From: Acidobacteriota bacterium
Lineage (GTDB): Bacteria > Acidobacteriota > Terriglobia > Terriglobales > Acidobacteriaceae
Reading direction: 5' to 3'
DNA length: 64,000 nucleotides
NCBI GenBank assembly: GCA_021851335.1
Contig: JAJZEA010000005.1
Location: forward strand, 10,132-74,131
Within the stretch, counting starts at the first letter, position 1, and every line of letters begins with the position of its first letter. Position numbers and translations under genes: made by a program. The notes under the pieces were generated by a model. The model was given only the letters and a program-made list of their open reading frames with translations, made no database searches and was not told the origin of the DNA. This document shows, piece after piece, positions 59,674-64,000 of this stretch.

Positions 59674-60642
59674 TTACCAGCCCAGAACCCACGCAAAGAT
59701 CAGCGGCGCCACAATCGTCGCGTCCGACTCGATGATGTACTTCGGCGTATCCACGCCCAACTTGCCCCAGGTAATCTTCTCATTCGGCACCGCGCCGGAG
59801 TACGACCCATAGCTCGTCGTCGAGTCCGATATCTGGCAGAAATACGCCCACAGCGGCACATCCTCCCGCTGCAGATCCTGGTGCAGCATCGGCACCACGC
59901 AGATCGGAAAATCTCCCGCAATCCCGCCCGCAATCTGGAAAAATCCAAGCGGCGTCTCCGCCGTCGTCTTCGTATAAAACTCCGCCAGCTCCATCATGTA
60001 CTCAATGCCCGTCCGCACCGTATGCACGTTCTTCACATCTCCGGCAATGCAGTGCCCGGCATACATGTTCCCCAGCGTCGAATCCTCCCACCCCGGAACA
60101 AACATGGGCAGATTCCGCTCCGCCGCCGCCAGCAGCCAGCTATTCTTCGGGTCAATCTGATACGAACCCTTCAACTCCCCGCTCAACAGAATCCGATACA
60201 TGAACTGATGCGGAAACAGCCGCTCACCGGCGGCATCGGCGCGCATCCACTCCTTCAGCACCACGGCCTCAATCCGCCGCATCGCTTCCATCTCCGGAAT
60301 GCACGTATCCGTCACCCGATTCATGTGCCGGTCCAGCAGCTTCTGCTCATCGTCCGGCGTCAGATCGCGATAGTTCGGCACACGCTCATAGAAGTCATGC
60401 GCCACCAGGTTGAAGACATCCTCTTCCAGATTCGCGCCCGTGCACGTAATCGCATGCACCTTGCCCTGCCGAATCATCTCCGCCAGCGACAGCCCCAGCT
60501 CCGCCGTACTCATCGCTCCGCCCATCGTCAGGAACATCTTCCCGCCCGACTCCAGCAACTTCACATACCCCTCCGCCGCATCGATCAGCGACGCCGCATT
60601 GAAGTGACGATAGTGGTGCTTCAAAAACTCTTTTACGGACAC
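59674..60642 (-). CDS. Deoxyhypusine synthase-like protein (bacterial homospermidine synthesis type)
   Basis: GGAMST, TGANLEED, PGWEDS, GGIAGDF, GSYSGAVPNEKITWGK, SDATI; gaggag-N5-GTG start. Confidence 0.9.
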   Translation of the reverse strand: MSVKEFLKHHYRHFNAASLIDAAEGYVKLLESGGKMFLTMGGAMSTAELGLSLAEMIRQGKVHAITCTGANLEEDVFNLVAHDFYERVPNYRDLTPDDEQKLLDRHMNRVTDTCIPEMEAMRRIEAVVLKEWMRADAAGERLFPHQFMYRILLSGELKGSYQIDPKNSWLLAAAERNLPMFVPGWEDSTLGNMYAGHCIAGDVKNVHTVRTGIEYMMELAEFYTKTTAETPLGFFQIAGGIAGDFPICVVPMLHQDLQREDVPLWAYFCQISDSTTSYGSYSGAVPNEKITWGKLGVDTPKYIIESDATIVAPLIFAWVLGW

Positions 60643-60689
60643 GTTGGCTCCTCTGGGATTCTTTCTCTTATTATTCCAGAACTTTTCGC

Positions 60690-61772
60690 TCATCGTGAGA
60701 CGCCATCCGGCTTCGCTCGCCGTGCGCCACCCACCGGCAACCAGCCCATCCGCTGCATCACCTTCCGCGTCAGCCCTGTCAGCGGCATCCGGCCTGCCTC
60801 CTCGGCCGTCACCCACCGCCCGCCTCGCTGCCGGCTTCGTCTTGCCGTCGCCGCTTCCACGGCATAGATCGTCACCTGATAGTTCACCTGCATAATCGCA
60901 TGTCGCAGCCCCAACACCGGCTCGCCATCCGCTCCATCCGCCGCCGGCAGCTCCCACATCGACGGCATCACGCTTTGCCGCTCATCCCTTTGCACCAGCC
61001 ACACGCGCTCAACCGGCTCCCGCTTCGAGCTTTGCCGCACCACCCACTCAAAGCTCAGCGCCTCGGCGCGCATCGCCGCGCGCTTCCTCACCGGATGCTC
61101 ACCGCGCGTCCGGCACACCTCCACCCACGGACAAACCTCGCAGCGTGGCCCGCGCGGCAGGCACACCGTCGCGCCCAACTCCATCATCGCCTGGTTCCAC
61201 TCCCCAGGCGCCGCGTGATCCAGCAGCCGATCCGCGTCGGCCTGCACTCGCCTGCCTTCTTCCGATGCCGCCACAGCAGTGCCTGGCCCAGCCCCGGTCA
61301 GCCCAGCCCCGGTCAGCCGCAGCACCACCCGCTCCACATTCCCATCCACCGCAGCCACCGCTTCGCCAAACGCAATGCTGGCAATCGCCGCCGCCGTATA
61401 CCGCCCAATCCCCGGCAGCGCTCGCAGCTCCGCAGCGCTGCCCGGCACCACGCCCCCATGCCGGGCGCAAACCTCCCGCGCAGCCTGATGCAGCATCCGC
61501 GCCCGCCGATAATAGCCCAGCCCGCTCCACGCCGTCAGCACCTCGGCCTCGGTCGCCTCGGCCAGCGCGCACACTGTCGGAAATCGTTCCAGAAACTCCC
61601 TATACCGCTCGATCACCGTCGCCACACGCGTCTGCTGCAACAGGATCTCCGACACCCAGATCGCATACGGATCGCTCGTCTCCCGCCAAGGCAAGCTGCG
61701 ACGATGATCCGCATACCACGACCGCAGCCGCCGCAGCAGCAACGCAGCCGCGTCTCTTCCCAATCTGGTCAA
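60690..61772 (-). CDS. mutY: A/G-specific adenine glycosylase
   Basis: LPWR, WVSEILLQQT, WSGLGYY, LPGIGRYTA, VDGNV, C-x6-C-x2-C-x5-C Fe-S motif. Confidence 0.96.
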   Translation of the reverse strand: MTRLGRDAAALLLRRLRSWYADHRRSLPWRETSDPYAIWVSEILLQQTRVATVIERYREFLERFPTVCALAEATEAEVLTAWSGLGYYRRARMLHQAAREVCARHGGVVPGSAAELRALPGIGRYTAAAIASIAFGEAVAAVDGNVERVVLRLTGAGLTGAGPGTAVAASEEGRRVQADADRLLDHAAPGEWNQAMMELGATVCLPRGPRCEVCPWVEVCRTRGEHPVRKRAAMRAEALSFEWVVRQSSKREPVERVWLVQRDERQSVMPSMWELPAADGADGEPVLGLRHAIMQVNYQVTIYAVEAATARRSRQRGGRWVTAEEAGRMPLTGLTRKVMQRMGWLPVGGARRAKPDGVSR

Positions 61773-61988
61773 ACCCGCGCTCCCCGTGCCTCTCCGGATT
61801 CCACTGACTTATTTTGCAACATTCCTTGAACACTCCATTCCAACCGATGCTACGTTTATTCAAGCATTCGCAACAACTTCGGCATTCACATCCGCTTTGG
61901 CCCCTGCAACAGCTTCAGGCCTTCGCAACAACTCTGGTTTCTCGCCTCTGCCGATGCAATCACAATCTACCCTTCCCGGAGGACTGCC

Positions 61989-62891
61989 TTGGTTCACGCT
62001 CGTCTCGCACACACTGGCTCCATGCGTCGCTGCCAGCCGCTCACGCCTCGCCTGCTGCTCGCTCTTGCTCTGTTTGCCCTCGCCGCACCAGTCGCGGCCT
62101 CAGCCCAGACCATGACCAACCCCAATCCTTACGCGGCTCGTCCATCCCAGGGAAAATCTCCGTCGATGGCGCAATCGCAGCTCAACACGCCCAAACTCCG
62201 GCGCAACCAGTCCAAGCCTCTCTCGCGCGTCTCGCTTGGCGTCGGCGTCTCTCCGCTTGGCATCGGCTTTCTCGCCGCCGTCAACCTCAACCGCTACCTT
62301 GACCTGCGCGGCACCGGCAGCTTCCTCAACTACTCCATCAACAACATCAACACCAACGGCTTCAACGTCAACGCCCAGTTAAATCTGGCCACTGCCGGCG
62401 CCGCCATCGACGTCTATCCGTTCCACAACTGGCTCCGCATCAGCCCCGGCCTGCTCTTCTATAACCAGAACAAGGCGAACGCCGTCTTTGTCGCCGCCGC
62501 CGGCACCAGCTTCTCGCTCAACAACTACACCTACTACTCGGCCTCCGGTGCAAACGCCGTCACCGGCTTCGGCACCTTCGGCTTCGGCAATGGCTCGGTC
62601 GCGCCCACCCTCACCGCAGGCGTCGGCAACCTCTTCCCCGCTTCCGGACGCCACTGGACCTTCCCATTCGACATCGGCGTAGCCTTCATTCAGAACCCCA
62701 CCGTCGCCATCAACCTCACCGGCGAAGTCTGCGACGCGCAGGGTCAGAACTGCGTCAACGTCGCCACCGACCCCACCGTGCAGTCCAACCTCGCCGCACA
62801 GGTCGCCAGCTACCAGAACGACGTCCAGCCGCTCCACACCTACCCGATCGTCTCTTTCGGCGTCGCCTACAACTTCCACATCCGACACTGA
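61989..62891 (+). CDS. Outer-membrane beta-barrel hypothetical protein
   Basis: ggagg-N6-TTG start, signal peptide, alternating beta strands, YPIVSFGVAYNF end. Confidence 0.75.
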   Translation: MVHARLAHTGSMRRCQPLTPRLLLALALFALAAPVAASAQTMTNPNPYAARPSQGKSPSMAQSQLNTPKLRRNQSKPLSRVSLGVGVSPLGIGFLAAVNLNRYLDLRGTGSFLNYSINNINTNGFNVNAQLNLATAGAAIDVYPFHNWLRISPGLLFYNQNKANAVFVAAAGTSFSLNNYTYYSASGANAVTGFGTFGFGNGSVAPTLTAGVGNLFPASGRHWTFPFDIGVAFIQNPTVAINLTGEVCDAQGQNCVNVATDPTVQSNLAAQVASYQNDVQPLHTYPIVSFGVAYNFHIRH

Positions 62892-62960
62892 GGCCACTGA
62901 CGCCACTCACATCGGCCAGCGTCCACACCCGCGAGCAGGCGCTCCATCCAGCGCCTGCCT

Positions 62961-63005
62961 CCATCCCCACCCATTCCATCCCCACCCATTCCATCCCCAC
63001 CTATT
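62961..63005. repeat. 3 x 15-bp tandem repeat ccatccccacc(c/t)att
   Basis: Units start at 62961, 62976 and 62991. Confidence 0.9.
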
Positions 63006-63069
63006 CCGACCCCGCCGTCGCGCCCAACGCCCGGCATAGTGGCCCAGACTGATCGCCAAATCTGGCCCC

Positions 63070-64000
63070 TTACCCTCCCATCGGATTCGTAATCCCGCTC
63101 GCAATCCGGCTCGCCAGCAGCCCGGCCAGCAGCGCCGTCCGTGGCGCTATCGAATCCAGCTCCACCTGTTCATGCGCCGCATGTGCGCCCGCGCCCACAG
63201 CACCCAGCCCATCCAGCGTCGGAACGCCCAGCGCCGCGGTAAAGTTCCCATCCGACGCGCCGCCCGTCGCCGCTTCCTCAACGCGCCAGCCCAGCTCCGC
63301 GCCCAACGCCTGCGCTCGCCGCAGCAACCGCACCGTCCCACGTGTCCTTTCCATCGGCGGGCGATTGATCCCGCCCGTCACGCTCACCCGGCAGCCCTCG
63401 CCCAGCCGCGTCGGCTTCAGCGCCAGAAAGCGCCGCTCCATCCGCGGCCCATCCGCGCGCCGGGCAATCCTCAGGTCCACCTCGGCCCAGGCCTGCTCCG
63501 GCACAATATTCGTCCGCGTCCCGCCGCCCATCTGCCCCACATTCACCGTCGTTCCCCGCGCTTCGTCGCTCCACCCGCTCACCTGCTCAATCAGACGCGC
63601 CAGCTCGCGAATCGCCGACCGGCCCGCCGCAAAGTCCACCCCGGAGTGCGCTGCGCGACCCGTAACCTCCAGGCGAAAATTGCCCGTCCCCTTGCGTGCC
63701 GTCTTCAGCGCCAGCCCCTGCGCCGGCTCCATCACCAGCGCCGCGCCACACCCGGCCGCCACCGCCTCCGTCACAGCTCGCGACACCGGGCTGCCAATCT
63801 CCTCTTCACTCACCAGCAGCAGCACCACCTCGTGCCCACACCGCCGCGTCAACACCTCCGCCTCCTGCATCATCCTCACCGCCATCAGCGCCATCGCCAC
63901 GCCCGCCTTCATATCCAGCGCGCCCGGACCATACAGCCGACCCTCCGCCACACGCCACGGCATCCTCCGCAGCGTCCCCACCGGCCACACCGTATCCAGA
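63070..64000 (-). CDS. M20 metallopeptidase (glutamate carboxypeptidase-like); 5' end outside window
   Basis: LDTVW, GPGALDMKAG, EEIGS, RKG, GRAAHSG, GGASDGN, GAHAAHE. Confidence 0.92.
   Translation of the reverse strand, partial: LDTVWPVGTLRRMPWRVAEGRLYGPGALDMKAGVAMALMAVRMMQEAEVLTRRCGHEVVLLLVSEEEIGSPVSRAVTEAVAAGCGAALVMEPAQGLALKTARKGTGNFRLEVTGRAAHSGVDFAAGRSAIRELARLIEQVSGWSDEARGTTVNVGQMGGGTRTNIVPEQAWAEVDLRIARRADGPRMERRFLALKPTRLGEGCRVSVTGGINRPPMERTRGTVRLLRRAQALGAELGWRVEEAATGGASDGNFTAALGVPTLDGLGAVGAGAHAAHEQVELDSIAPRTALLAGLLASRIASGITNPMGG

Overview
A GC-rich bacterial chromosomal window. The gene content (Oar-like and other TonB-dependent receptors, CCRRHG..RGPP leader protein, GTCATTCCC-type repeat) points to Acidobacteriota; this taxonomic call is an inference. 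Core genes include uvrC, infC, rpmI-rplT, hom, guaA, hisS-aspS, mmuM, rpsP-khpA-rimM-trmD, gdhA, acyP-apt, an ECF sigma/anti-sigma pair, a deoxyhypusine-synthase-like gene and mutY. An accessory block at about 4.7-22.9 kb holds a PagL remnant fused to an IS630 remnant, a type III PKS cluster, and the best candidate for an undescribed system. That candidate is a co-oriented set of four parts: a pseudo-M48/beta-propeller protein, a peptide ABC importer, a secreted subtilase with tandem 12-aa xLTGDAILWGT tail repeats, and a membrane-anchored HD-GYP-GAF-GGDEF enzyme. The subtilase and the c-di-GMP enzyme share an upstream 18-bp motif. Other notable signals are a CruR-like RGPP arrest-peptide leader before a TonB receptor, a candidate three-way-junction RNA at the start of the gdhA leader, six leaderless genes with exact -10/6-nt/start geometry, and an ATC start for infC. 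I found no rRNA, tRNA or CRISPR array. All calls come from reading the sequence by eye; no searches or folding programs were run.
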